Assembly: GCA_029560465.1 (NCBI GenBank)
Contig: JAKQKX010000016.1
Coordinates: forward strand, 1,248 to 65,247
Length of the DNA stretch: 64,000 bases
Reading direction: 5' to 3'
DNA from: Candidatus Omnitrophota bacterium
Lineage (GTDB): Bacteria; Omnitrophota; Gorgyraeia; Zapsychrales; JANLHA01
The first letter of the stretch is position 1; every line of letters starts with the position of its first letter. Below are positions 1-9,583 of the stretch, one piece after another. A model generated the notes under the pieces. The model made no database searches. It worked only from the letters and a program-made list of their open reading frames with translations, and was not told the origin of the DNA. The position numbers were made by a program, and so were the translations under genes.

Positions 1-253
1 TGAATATGTGCATGATCCGTTTAGACGACCCCTAGAATGGGGTGGATTCGTGGGGGCTAAAAACTTCCTTGGGATTTTTTTGTTTTTTCTGACAAAAAAC
101 TTAGTGCAGACATTGGACTTACCTTTCGATTCTTTTATCCAAATTATAAAAAAAGAAAGAATCAGATACTATAGGGGCAGATAAATATTTCCATTTTTTC
201 GTAATTTCATGATGATTTCTTCTGGCTTGCTTTTTTTCTGTTTTTAACCTGTT

Positions 254-275
254 TTTTGGTGCTTTATCACCAAAA
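254..275. promoter_or_regulatory. Perfect 8-bp inverted repeat TTTTGGTG-N6-CACCAAAA in the AT-rich region upstream of the giant gene
   Basis: Read directly: ttttggtg ctttat caccaaaa. It lies about 110 nt upstream of ATG 382 in a 380-nt AT-rich non-coding stretch. Candidate operator or hairpin. Confidence 0.3.
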
Positions 276-381
276 AGGGCTCAATTTTGGGGGCGGGTTA
301 CCATAGTGGTTTTTATGGCTTTTATATGTTATATTATTATAATAAATTTATATAAATTATATAAATAATTTCACTCCCAAA

Positions 382-3300
382 ATGAAAAGTAGCCCGCTTT
401 TTAAATTTTCCACCTGGACAGTTCTTTTTTCGTTTTTCTTTTCATTAATCGCCCCTCCGCGCAGTTCTGCGCAAGAATCATTTTCGCTTCCTGATCCCGG
501 AACGATGATCACCATTACCCCCGCTTTCGTACCCCCCATGTTAAAAGGAATGAAAGTGAATTTGGAAGATCCGTTTACCTTCGATTTCATTTTTGACAGC
601 GGGAATGCCAACCTGACCCCAGAAGAATTGAAAAGCGAGGCCAACAAATTAATTAAATATTTTTTGGCATCATTAACCATCCCCGAAGATGACCTGTGGG
701 TCAATTTATCGCCATATGAAAAAGATCGGGTCATTCCGAAAGAATTTGGCGTTACGGAGATGGGGCGAGATTTACTTGGACAGGATTATATTCTTAAACA
801 ATTGACCGCCTCATTGATTTATCCTGAGAAGGATTTAGGAAAAGAATTTTGGAATCGAGTTTTTTCAAAGGCCAGAGCGCTTTACGGCACAGAAGCCATC
901 CCGATTAATACCTTTAACAAAGTTTGGATCCTTCCAGATAAGGCCGTTGTTTATCAAAACCAAGACACAGTGTTTGTCCTGGAAAGCCATTTAAAGGTTA
1001 TGCTGGAAGGAGATTATCTTTCCCTTAAAGAAAATTTAAGCAATAAAAAATTGGGGATCGATAAATTAGACAAAGAGGCTATTCAGAAGCTGAATGATGT
1101 CTCCGCAGCCATTATTAAAGAGGTGGTTATTCCAGAAATTGAAAAAGAAGTTAATAGCGGGCAAAACTTCGCCAAATTGCGGCAGGTGTACCATTCTCTC
1201 ATTTTGGCGAAGTGGTATAAACAGAATCTCAAGGCCAGCATTTTGAATTGGAAATATTCCGATAAAAGAAAAGTGGTGGGGGTCGATGTCGAAGATAAAT
1301 CGATCAATGAAAAGATTTATGAGCAGTATTTGGAAGCCTTTAAGAAAGGCGTTTTTAATTATATTAAGGAGGATTACGACGTTGCCAAGCAGGAAGTTAT
1401 TCCCAGAAAATATTTTTCTGGCGGCATAGAACTTAAAGTCCCTCTTGAGGTGGAAACAGATCCGGCGATGCTGGCTAAAGCAACGTCGACTGGAAAATTA
1501 AACTGGATTAAAGGAATCTATCGTCAGCCCAGAGTTTCCGCCAGATTTGTCAACGAGTATATAAATCAAAAGTTTCGTGAAGGGGCCGTAAAGGAAGGGC
1601 AGCCGATAGACCTGCCTAACGGCAAACAGGCACAAGTCTATACCGTTAAGGGATTGTTAAAATCAACGGGGCAATTTGGGCACATTGGATTAGGAGCAAA
1701 AGAGAGAAAAGGAGCAGAGGTTGTTTATACGGATGGCGGATTACCGGTCATTTATCTGGACAGTGATTATGCTGAAAATTTAACAGTCAGGGATAACGAA
1801 AAATTCAAGGTTGAGAGGTGGGAAGAGCAAAAGATTGCTTTGGGCCGGGAAAGAGGTTTAAGCCGTCCACTGACCGCGCAAGAGATGCGGCAGTGGATCA
1901 AAAACAACACGACACAAGCCGCTGAATTGTTACAGGAATGGGATAGCCAGGCGCCTTCTTTAGTGCCGTTATTTGAAAAAGCGGAAGCAAAGGGGCTGTT
2001 GCCTTCTGATGAAGAAATTGCTGAGACGTACACGAGAGAAGAAGATTTTAGGGATTTAAATTTGGCGGCTGGCCGTTGGGGCATAAGAAGCGCTTCTTCT
2101 CGGGGGATCATGCCACAACACGCAGCGTATACGGTAGAAGCTGGCGAGAGTTACGATGACATAGTCATAAAAGAGCTTGCAAAACAGAGTGGCGTATCCG
2201 TCGATGATTTGGAGGCGAATTTCGAACGGACTGTTTCTATGCTTGAAGAGAGCCTGGGAAAGACCGGTTTTTCCCAACCAAATGCCGATGTGGTCGCTAA
2301 AAAAATACACGAGATATTCGATCGTCTGATCAAGGTTTATCAGACAAAAACGCAGGAAGCGCCGGGACGGTTACGAATTGTAGATGCGAATACTGTGAAT
2401 GCTTTTGTGATTCGCAAGCGCGCGGATGTGTATTTTTACAAGGGGCTATACGAAGCCCTGTACGATATCTCGACGCGGATGAATGTCCCTCTCACGGAAG
2501 ATATGATTGCTTTTATCATAGCGCATGAGCTTTCCCACGCTTTACAACATACATCCCGTCAAGGCCTCGATATCCGTGACCTTAACGAGAAGGCCTCTCC
2601 ATATCTGATTCAAATGATAAAAAATGGTGAGTACGACGCCGATATGAGAGCCCTTGAATTAATGGATAAAGCCGGATATTCAGTATTCGGCGCGGTTGAC
2701 GCGATGACATTTTTAGAATTCATCACGGGAACTAGCCAGGCCGAAAATGTGTTGAGTTCCCACCCGTATGTGAGCCTCAGAAAACACAGGTTATCACAAA
2801 TTATTTTTGATCAGAAAACGAACGTTTTTACTAATGTCAAGGCTTCAAGGGTTCCTATGGTTGGCAATGGTCGCATAAGGAGCCAGGACGTTGATTTTAG
2901 ACATTTAATGGATAAAAGCGAAGAAGAATTGTTGGCCATGGCGCAGAATGCAGAAAGCCTGGTGGCTTTGGATGAGTTAACGGGGATGCTGGTTCTTCGC
3001 AAGCGTATGAATGCGTTGAAAGGTTTAGTGAGAGAGGACCAATTAAAAGCAGCGTTCTTGCGCGATGTTTATGTTCAGGCTGTGCTGGCGGCAACGGGAA
3101 GAACCTCGCAAGGGATTGATTACTCTGACATGAAAGGTGCGGCGGCCATATATGATTTTGGAAAAGAAACAACAACGGAAAACGTCCTTGAAAGAAATGC
3201 GCCGGCATTTGAAGATAATCCAGATGATGTTATAAAAAAGATAAACGAGTCGCTCAAAGATGACGCATCAAGAGAGGGTGTTGCCGCCAAGAATGTGTTG

Positions 3301-6300
3301 GAAGGGTTGATTTCTTCTGGCAACCGGAGAGTTTATGGCCTTACACAGAATGACTTTGATGGATTTTTACTTCCTTTCGAGGATGTTAAGGATATTATTC
3401 CAATATTTACAAAGAGAAAAGGGGGGCTTAGAGGTGTTTTTGTAAGCAGACAAGAAGGCGCGAGTGTTGATCAAACGTTTTTTGAGGACGCAATGCGAGA
3501 CCCCCAAAGACTTATTTCTGCATTTTTCTACGCGAATTATCTTGGCCAGGAACCATCTGTTGAATTTGGTATCCCCACGACGGAAATGCGCGTAAAGTTA
3601 CAAAGAAGAAAGAATGAAGTGTATTTTGAAAATCCTGCTTATCGGGATACCGGGTCAGCGGAGAATAGAAGACATCTTCAAAATATTGTCCTTCTTCATT
3701 ACGCATTGGCAAAAACCCGTTCCAATATATTTGATAAGTATTTAGATGTTTCATTCCCGGGGATCAAGAGGCTTTTGCAAGTACCTGTACCCGATGTTCG
3801 CCAGCTTTTTGACAGGTATGAGACGTTATTTTCTAAGAAGTATCCTCAACCAATAGCAACTCAATTGGCCGGAAAAAGACTTTATGATTATTTTGGTGTG
3901 AAATTAGAAGGTGCCGGGGATGCCCCCACCGGATTCATTAATGAGGTTTCAAATTTTAAAACACAGGCCAAATCCGAATATGCGGAAGAAGAGGCAGGCT
4001 TTGCAGATTATATGAAGAACAAGGTTGGGGAGTTTGTAGATAGCCATCCTTTAATAATTTTTATGCGAACGGCCATACAACAGTATCGAGATCGGTTGTC
4101 GGTTCGGGATATAGAAAAGTTTGAAGAAACATTGGATCAATTGCGGACAAAAAGATTTGAAAAAAACTATAATTCACATTTGGACAGACAAAATATATCA
4201 AATATTTTAACTAAGCTCGCAGTGGTTTATTCACAAGAACCGCGAAGAGAAGCGCATGTTTCCGCTGTGTTTGCAAATGAGACTAGCTTGGAGTATTACC
4301 TCAAGGAAGAAGAAATTTTATCATTTAAGTCATTGCTGGAATTGCCGGATTGGGCCGTGTCTGACTATTTAAACAGAAAAAGCTATAGTGCCAATAAATT
4401 GATTGAGAATGCGCTGAAACAAGGCACGCCTCTAAGCGAAATATTTGCGTTTATGGGAACCCGCCTTGCGTATGCCGATAGACGAGAAGTTTTCGATAGC
4501 TTATTTTTGGGATGGTTCTCCGAGAATTCCAGGTACTTGTTCGATTTCTTTAAAACAAAGCTTAACAATAATTCACAGGAAATAATCGTGTGGTTCCTTG
4601 GGATGTTTTCCAAAAAGGACGCCCTTGAATTAATTGATAAGTTTTCCAGGGGGCTTTTGTACGAGAGAGCCAAAGACGCCCGCACCAATGTCGATGAAGC
4701 CGCGGAATTAAGAAACCTGGCCATTGCCTTGCTTGAATATATTTACAGGCAGACATCAAAGATATTTCACGCCGATGAAGAATCCGCAAAAGTTTATTTG
4801 GACTTAATAAATGAACGTATTGAAGAATCTGGGAAATCGGGAGATCAAAATTATGTGCGAGAGGTGGTTTACAATGCGCTTATGGTCCTGAGCGCTTCGG
4901 TTGCTCTTAAAATAGAATTCAGTCAACCGGAAGAACCTTCTGAGGATGGAACACCAGATTTTAAGTCTCAAAAGACAAGTCTTTTTCAACGGCAGGAATC
5001 TTTGGGGCGGTGGGAGACTGATTATAATTCACAATTTGCGCTCCATAATTTTGGCTGGAATGATAGAAAAGCAGCTTCTCAATCTGTTTTTGTGAGCCGT
5101 TTAACCGATTTATCAGTTGATCAGCTTAAGAAACTTTTAAAACAGAGATTGCGATACGTGGCGTCGCGAGCGGATGTTGAGTATAGAGGCGAAGTGTTTT
5201 CTTTGTCCAGTTTAAATGATTTTTTTGCAAATTTAATCACTTTAATAATATTAAAAAAAACACGTAACCCAGGATGGGAGAACACTAAGGAAAGCTTAAA
5301 CAGGCTCGATGATTTGATGGGCATCAAGGTTTCCTATTCCCAATATGATAAAAAGACATTTGCTATCCATGCGAAAATGAATTTGAAGATAGACCAGGAT
5401 GAAATCAACACAATATCTTACGACGCGATTAAAGAGAATTTTGTCGGGACTACGATCCCCTCTCCAGAACTTGATTATGTGTGGGGAGCTTATGTGGCGG
5501 CAAATGATCTCCATGGTAATTTTCCGGAAATCGTCCCCTTGCTTCAAAATCCCAACGCTGCAAACGAAAGCATTTACAATCCGATTGTTTTTCTCGAAAG
5601 ACACAAATATGGCAGGAGGGTCTCCTATCGACAAATAGTTCAAAAATTTTTTATGGATTCATCCGTTTACTCGAAACTTTTTAATGCCTATTTGAAAGTA
5701 CAGGGGAAAGGATATGTATACGGTAAATTCAGATCATTGGAAGAACGGCTGGCCTGGATAGCAAGAGTGCTGCCGAACAAGTCGATCATAAAAGACAGCA
5801 TTATTAACCTGTGGGAGACCGATATTTTCCCGGAGATAATCGCTGATTTGCCAGTTTTGGTAAAGTTGGCTCGACAGGCTTCCAGTGAGGGAGAAGGTTT
5901 ACTGCGGGATATGTGGGCGATCCTGGGGGAGATGGACGATGATGTGGGCCGATTAAAAAGGTTAAACGAGCAGATTGATTTATCACCAAAAAAAATACAT
6001 CAATTGTTGGATTTCTATGAAACCGTTATCCCTTTAGCGCTGTCACCCCAAAAAATAGCTCGATATGGAGCAACGGCATATATGCTGTGGCGGTTATTGC
6101 CAGAAAACGCCGGATTAGGCCTCTCGGAAAACCTTGAAGCCTTAACGAAATTTATGCCGGAGCCAGGAGTATTAAGAGACGAATTGTTAATGCGGATCGC
6201 AAACAAGTATGCAATGCGTTTGCAAGACGTGCCTCTTGTTTCTGAGAAATTGTATTCCAATAATTTGTTGTCACGAAGCAGGGACTTAAGAACAGAAGAC

Positions 6301-9237
6301 TTCGTTTCCGAGACCCTGTTACATCTGTTCGGTGGAGCAAAAACGGAAGACAGGAGAGATATTTTGTTGTGGGTCGTGGGCGCGCAGAGCAAGCCACTCT
6401 TCATAAGCGACATCGAGAATAAATATAATATTGATTTTACGACTTTGCCTAGCGACATAAAATTGCTTCCGGCAACAATGCGAGAAAAATTTATTGAAGG
6501 GTTCATGCTTGGTGATAATGGAGTCCTGGATCCTCAAAATGATAACGATAGACTCGTTATGTCCGACTTCTTGGAGCGCCTGTTTTTATACCTGTTCCCC
6601 GAGGGAACCAAGGGCATAGGCAACGAGGAGAGGCTGCTTATATCCAAAGTTTTTCTTATTGTTATGAAATCTTTCCCTCCATATCGAAGAGTACAGGTTA
6701 TAAAGGCCTTGGCGGCCCTACGCGTAAAGGCTGATTTTGAAAAAACAAGCACGGGGGAACGGCTGGCCGTCCTTCTGGGAGTGTTAGGGCCCGTTGGGAT
6801 AAAGGTTGCACAGTATTTATCTGAGAACGAAACGCTGGTTTCAGATGAGAAAATGCGCTCGAGCTTAGGCGCACTACGACACAAAGCCCCGGAGATTACA
6901 AAGATTTCAGCGTTTTCCGTGTTGGAGAAGGAAGTCCCCTTGAGTGAAGTATTGGTGCGAGAAATGGGCGAGCCCGTTGGCGTCGCCTCAATCAAACAGG
7001 TTAATCGCGGGGGATGGCTGGATATCGAGACATTAGCTGAATTGGTGATTCGTAAAGCTCGAGGGGCGGATATGAATGAAGTCAGAGAAAAAATGCGCGC
7101 TTATCAGGCTAAGGAAATTCCATTTTCTGAAGCGGTCGCGTTTGTGGTCGAAAAAGCTCAGCAATATAAAATAAATTTGGAGGAGGCCACGGCCTCGGTT
7201 GTTTTTAAAATTCGACGCCCTAATATGGAAACGACCCTCGGCACAGATTTTGCGGCCCTTGATGATGTGGCTCGGGAATTGCAAGGCACGGCTCATAAAG
7301 GCGAAGCCATTAATATCAGCGATTTGGTTCAAACCGTTAAAGAATGGGTGATCCTCGAGATGCTTTTTAGTAATGAGGCAAAGTTTGCCAAGATGCTTAT
7401 GGACCTGGATTATACGTGGTCTGAAAATTTTCAACAGCAGGCAGGGGTAACAATCGTTCATCCCAAAATATTGTATGTGACGGATTCGCTCATTGTTGAG
7501 GAAGAAATTCAAGGAGCCCCCGTATTAAGTCTTGCGCCGAAGCAACAGCCAATAACGATGGAAGACGTAATGGGCGCGGGATATTCCCGTTCCGAGGCTG
7601 AGCGGGTTTTTGTCGCATTGTCCTCAGTTGACCCTCGGCAAGCGCACCTCACGTTAAGTCTTAAGAAAGCCGGATTCCCAGAGGAAGAATTAAGCAACCT
7701 GACTAAAAGAATGCTTGCTTATGACTACGGGAAACTACGCGAGTTATTACGTCAAATGTTGTTGCACCAAATATTTGTTGATGGTGTTTTTCACGCCGAC
7801 CTTCATCAGGGAAACATCCTCATCACGCCTGATGGCAGGCTTGTGATGATAGATTGCGGCAATGTCGGCAGATTAAACAGGGCTCAAATTGAAGGAGCAA
7901 AAATTTTATTAAAAGGATTGTCGCTCAGAGAAAAAGATCTCATAAAACAAGGAGTCGATGAGATTTTCTTAAATGCCACGTATGAAGACGGAGTTCAGCC
8001 GAAAACTCCCAACATAACGTTAGCCGATATACAGGAAATATTGGGTAAAGGATATGACCTGAAAATGACAATGAACTTGATTAGCGTGAGAGCCGTTCAG
8101 GGAGCAAAGAATACCCCCGGCGGGAAGGATTTCTCGACGTTTTTAAAAGCCTTCACCCAAGCCATGTATCTATTTCCCACAGATCTAATAAACGGTATGG
8201 CGACACTACAGGCAATCGCTCAATATATTTCGATGAGCGAGGAGGATGCGATACGTGCGGCTCAAGAGCAAGCAAAGTATTTTGTCGTGCAGGAGGTAGA
8301 CACGGCTGAGGGAGAAGCCGAAGCTCAAGGAGATATATTACAGATAGCGGAAAGGATTTTTTATAAAAAAACAGAGCGGTCTTTCTTACGTTCGGTATGG
8401 CGACCCATGGTTTTTCGTATGCTGGCAGCTCCTATAAAAAGAGCGACCGCCAAAGCCCCGTCTATAGGAAGCAATGTGATGTCACTTGTTAGGGTGCAGG
8501 GCCGGCAAATTATAGAAGAAAATATTAATGAATTTTTAAAAAGACAGAATTCCGAAATTGGGGATGTAGTGAAGGACATGATATCCGTTCCATTTGCAGA
8601 GAAGTTTGTGACCTCTTATGTGGAGCGTGGCATGAAAGAAAGTCGAGGAGGAAAATTCTTAGCCCCCATCGCGATGCCTTTGTTGAAAGGCGTACTATTC
8701 TTAGTCCGGCCGTTGACGAGGATATATGTTGAGGCTGCCAAAGAATGGGTTGATACCACGGGGAAACAGTATATCGCAAGCATTGCCCCGCACATGACGA
8801 TAAGAGAAGGGATTGATCTTTTATCACAGGTGTTTGTGGACGATTTTTCGAGTATAAAAAAGAAATTTGATGAAGGACGAACCAATGGTGAATCCGTCCC
8901 CCTGGCCACGGAGCCGTTATCAGATATCCGAGTTAGGGAGGACATGCACGGAGGTTCTCAATTAGGCAATGAGAAAACTCTGTTTGCAACCGAAACAAGT
9001 TCTTCGGTTCAACAAAATCCAGGCGGTATTGATTTTAATCTCGATTTGTTGGAGCTTGAAATTCATGGGCAGGAGAGTGATTTTAATTTGCCCAATGTTA
9101 ATCAGAATTTCGACCACATTCAAATAGATGACGGTCTTTTGCCGGTGATTATTAATATAACCCCGATCACGACAACGCTCCCTATCATTTTAGGCACGGC
9201 TGAGAGCGAAAAACAGCAATTGACCAGTGTTCAATAA
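382..9237 (+). CDS. Very large (2951 aa) secreted/surface multidomain protein with an internal M48-type zinc metallopeptidase module and an ABC1/UbiB-type atypical kinase module
   Basis: Uninterrupted 8.8-kb ORF. N-terminal hydrophobic signal-like segment (WTVLFSFFFSLIAPPRSSA|QE). HEXXH (IIAHELSHALQH, nt ~2521-2550) is followed ~35 aa later by EYDADMRALEL (EXXAD), the hallmark pair of M48/HtpX-type peptidases. Further on, LGPVGIKVAQYLS (nt ~6781) ... VVFKIRRP ... FHADLHQGNILITPDGRLVMIDCGNVGRL (nt ~7795) matches ABC1/UbiB kinase motifs (LGPTFIKLGQ / FHADPHPGN...DFG). The N-terminal ~320 aa and C-terminal ~60 aa are shared with the 766-aa protein at 44123-46306. Confidence 0.85.
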   Translation: MKSSPLFKFSTWTVLFSFFFSLIAPPRSSAQESFSLPDPGTMITITPAFVPPMLKGMKVNLEDPFTFDFIFDSGNANLTPEELKSEANKLIKYFLASLTIPEDDLWVNLSPYEKDRVIPKEFGVTEMGRDLLGQDYILKQLTASLIYPEKDLGKEFWNRVFSKARALYGTEAIPINTFNKVWILPDKAVVYQNQDTVFVLESHLKVMLEGDYLSLKENLSNKKLGIDKLDKEAIQKLNDVSAAIIKEVVIPEIEKEVNSGQNFAKLRQVYHSLILAKWYKQNLKASILNWKYSDKRKVVGVDVEDKSINEKIYEQYLEAFKKGVFNYIKEDYDVAKQEVIPRKYFSGGIELKVPLEVETDPAMLAKATSTGKLNWIKGIYRQPRVSARFVNEYINQKFREGAVKEGQPIDLPNGKQAQVYTVKGLLKSTGQFGHIGLGAKERKGAEVVYTDGGLPVIYLDSDYAENLTVRDNEKFKVERWEEQKIALGRERGLSRPLTAQEMRQWIKNNTTQAAELLQEWDSQAPSLVPLFEKAEAKGLLPSDEEIAETYTREEDFRDLNLAAGRWGIRSASSRGIMPQHAAYTVEAGESYDDIVIKELAKQSGVSVDDLEANFERTVSMLEESLGKTGFSQPNADVVAKKIHEIFDRLIKVYQTKTQEAPGRLRIVDANTVNAFVIRKRADVYFYKGLYEALYDISTRMNVPLTEDMIAFIIAHELSHALQHTSRQGLDIRDLNEKASPYLIQMIKNGEYDADMRALELMDKAGYSVFGAVDAMTFLEFITGTSQAENVLSSHPYVSLRKHRLSQIIFDQKTNVFTNVKASRVPMVGNGRIRSQDVDFRHLMDKSEEELLAMAQNAESLVALDELTGMLVLRKRMNALKGLVREDQLKAAFLRDVYVQAVLAATGRTSQGIDYSDMKGAAAIYDFGKETTTENVLERNAPAFEDNPDDVIKKINESLKDDASREGVAAKNVLEGLISSGNRRVYGLTQNDFDGFLLPFEDVKDIIPIFTKRKGGLRGVFVSRQEGASVDQTFFEDAMRDPQRLISAFFYANYLGQEPSVEFGIPTTEMRVKLQRRKNEVYFENPAYRDTGSAENRRHLQNIVLLHYALAKTRSNIFDKYLDVSFPGIKRLLQVPVPDVRQLFDRYETLFSKKYPQPIATQLAGKRLYDYFGVKLEGAGDAPTGFINEVSNFKTQAKSEYAEEEAGFADYMKNKVGEFVDSHPLIIFMRTAIQQYRDRLSVRDIEKFEETLDQLRTKRFEKNYNSHLDRQNISNILTKLAVVYSQEPRREAHVSAVFANETSLEYYLKEEEILSFKSLLELPDWAVSDYLNRKSYSANKLIENALKQGTPLSEIFAFMGTRLAYADRREVFDSLFLGWFSENSRYLFDFFKTKLNNNSQEIIVWFLGMFSKKDALELIDKFSRGLLYERAKDARTNVDEAAELRNLAIALLEYIYRQTSKIFHADEESAKVYLDLINERIEESGKSGDQNYVREVVYNALMVLSASVALKIEFSQPEEPSEDGTPDFKSQKTSLFQRQESLGRWETDYNSQFALHNFGWNDRKAASQSVFVSRLTDLSVDQLKKLLKQRLRYVASRADVEYRGEVFSLSSLNDFFANLITLIILKKTRNPGWENTKESLNRLDDLMGIKVSYSQYDKKTFAIHAKMNLKIDQDEINTISYDAIKENFVGTTIPSPELDYVWGAYVAANDLHGNFPEIVPLLQNPNAANESIYNPIVFLERHKYGRRVSYRQIVQKFFMDSSVYSKLFNAYLKVQGKGYVYGKFRSLEERLAWIARVLPNKSIIKDSIINLWETDIFPEIIADLPVLVKLARQASSEGEGLLRDMWAILGEMDDDVGRLKRLNEQIDLSPKKIHQLLDFYETVIPLALSPQKIARYGATAYMLWRLLPENAGLGLSENLEALTKFMPEPGVLRDELLMRIANKYAMRLQDVPLVSEKLYSNNLLSRSRDLRTEDFVSETLLHLFGGAKTEDRRDILLWVVGAQSKPLFISDIENKYNIDFTTLPSDIKLLPATMREKFIEGFMLGDNGVLDPQNDNDRLVMSDFLERLFLYLFPEGTKGIGNEERLLISKVFLIVMKSFPPYRRVQVIKALAALRVKADFEKTSTGERLAVLLGVLGPVGIKVAQYLSENETLVSDEKMRSSLGALRHKAPEITKISAFSVLEKEVPLSEVLVREMGEPVGVASIKQVNRGGWLDIETLAELVIRKARGADMNEVREKMRAYQAKEIPFSEAVAFVVEKAQQYKINLEEATASVVFKIRRPNMETTLGTDFAALDDVARELQGTAHKGEAINISDLVQTVKEWVILEMLFSNEAKFAKMLMDLDYTWSENFQQQAGVTIVHPKILYVTDSLIVEEEIQGAPVLSLAPKQQPITMEDVMGAGYSRSEAERVFVALSSVDPRQAHLTLSLKKAGFPEEELSNLTKRMLAYDYGKLRELLRQMLLHQIFVDGVFHADLHQGNILITPDGRLVMIDCGNVGRLNRAQIEGAKILLKGLSLREKDLIKQGVDEIFLNATYEDGVQPKTPNITLADIQEILGKGYDLKMTMNLISVRAVQGAKNTPGGKDFSTFLKAFTQAMYLFPTDLINGMATLQAIAQYISMSEEDAIRAAQEQAKYFVVQEVDTAEGEAEAQGDILQIAERIFYKKTERSFLRSVWRPMVFRMLAAPIKRATAKAPSIGSNVMSLVRVQGRQIIEENINEFLKRQNSEIGDVVKDMISVPFAEKFVTSYVERGMKESRGGKFLAPIAMPLLKGVLFLVRPLTRIYVEAAKEWVDTTGKQYIASIAPHMTIREGIDLLSQVFVDDFSSIKKKFDEGRTNGESVPLATEPLSDIRVREDMHGGSQLGNEKTLFATETSSSVQQNPGGIDFNLDLLELEIHGQESDFNLPNVNQNFDHIQIDDGLLPVIINITPITTTLPIILGTAESEKQQLTSVQ

Positions 9238-9583
9238 ATTCCTTCAGCTCTTCTGTTATTATTAATCAGTCAAGAATCATGAGTTTCTTAAATGCTAACC
9301 CCTTAGGAATACGGACGCAGGAGATGAATTTTATGAGGGTTTATAAACGGAAAAAATGATATTTGGAGAATAAAGCACCGTCCTCATCAGTCCAGCAGGG
9401 CTTTTTTGAGATATTGAAATGCACCCCCCGCTCCCGCTGGAAAGGAGGAGCTTGTCCTTGTTCCTCGCATGTTTTTTGGGGTGCCCAGGTTGCCCCCGGG
9501 GTCACTTAACCGCCGGGATCTTTTGAAATGCTTGGGAGATATAAATTTTTTATTAACTTCGGGAACAGCAGAGGCTCACAACC

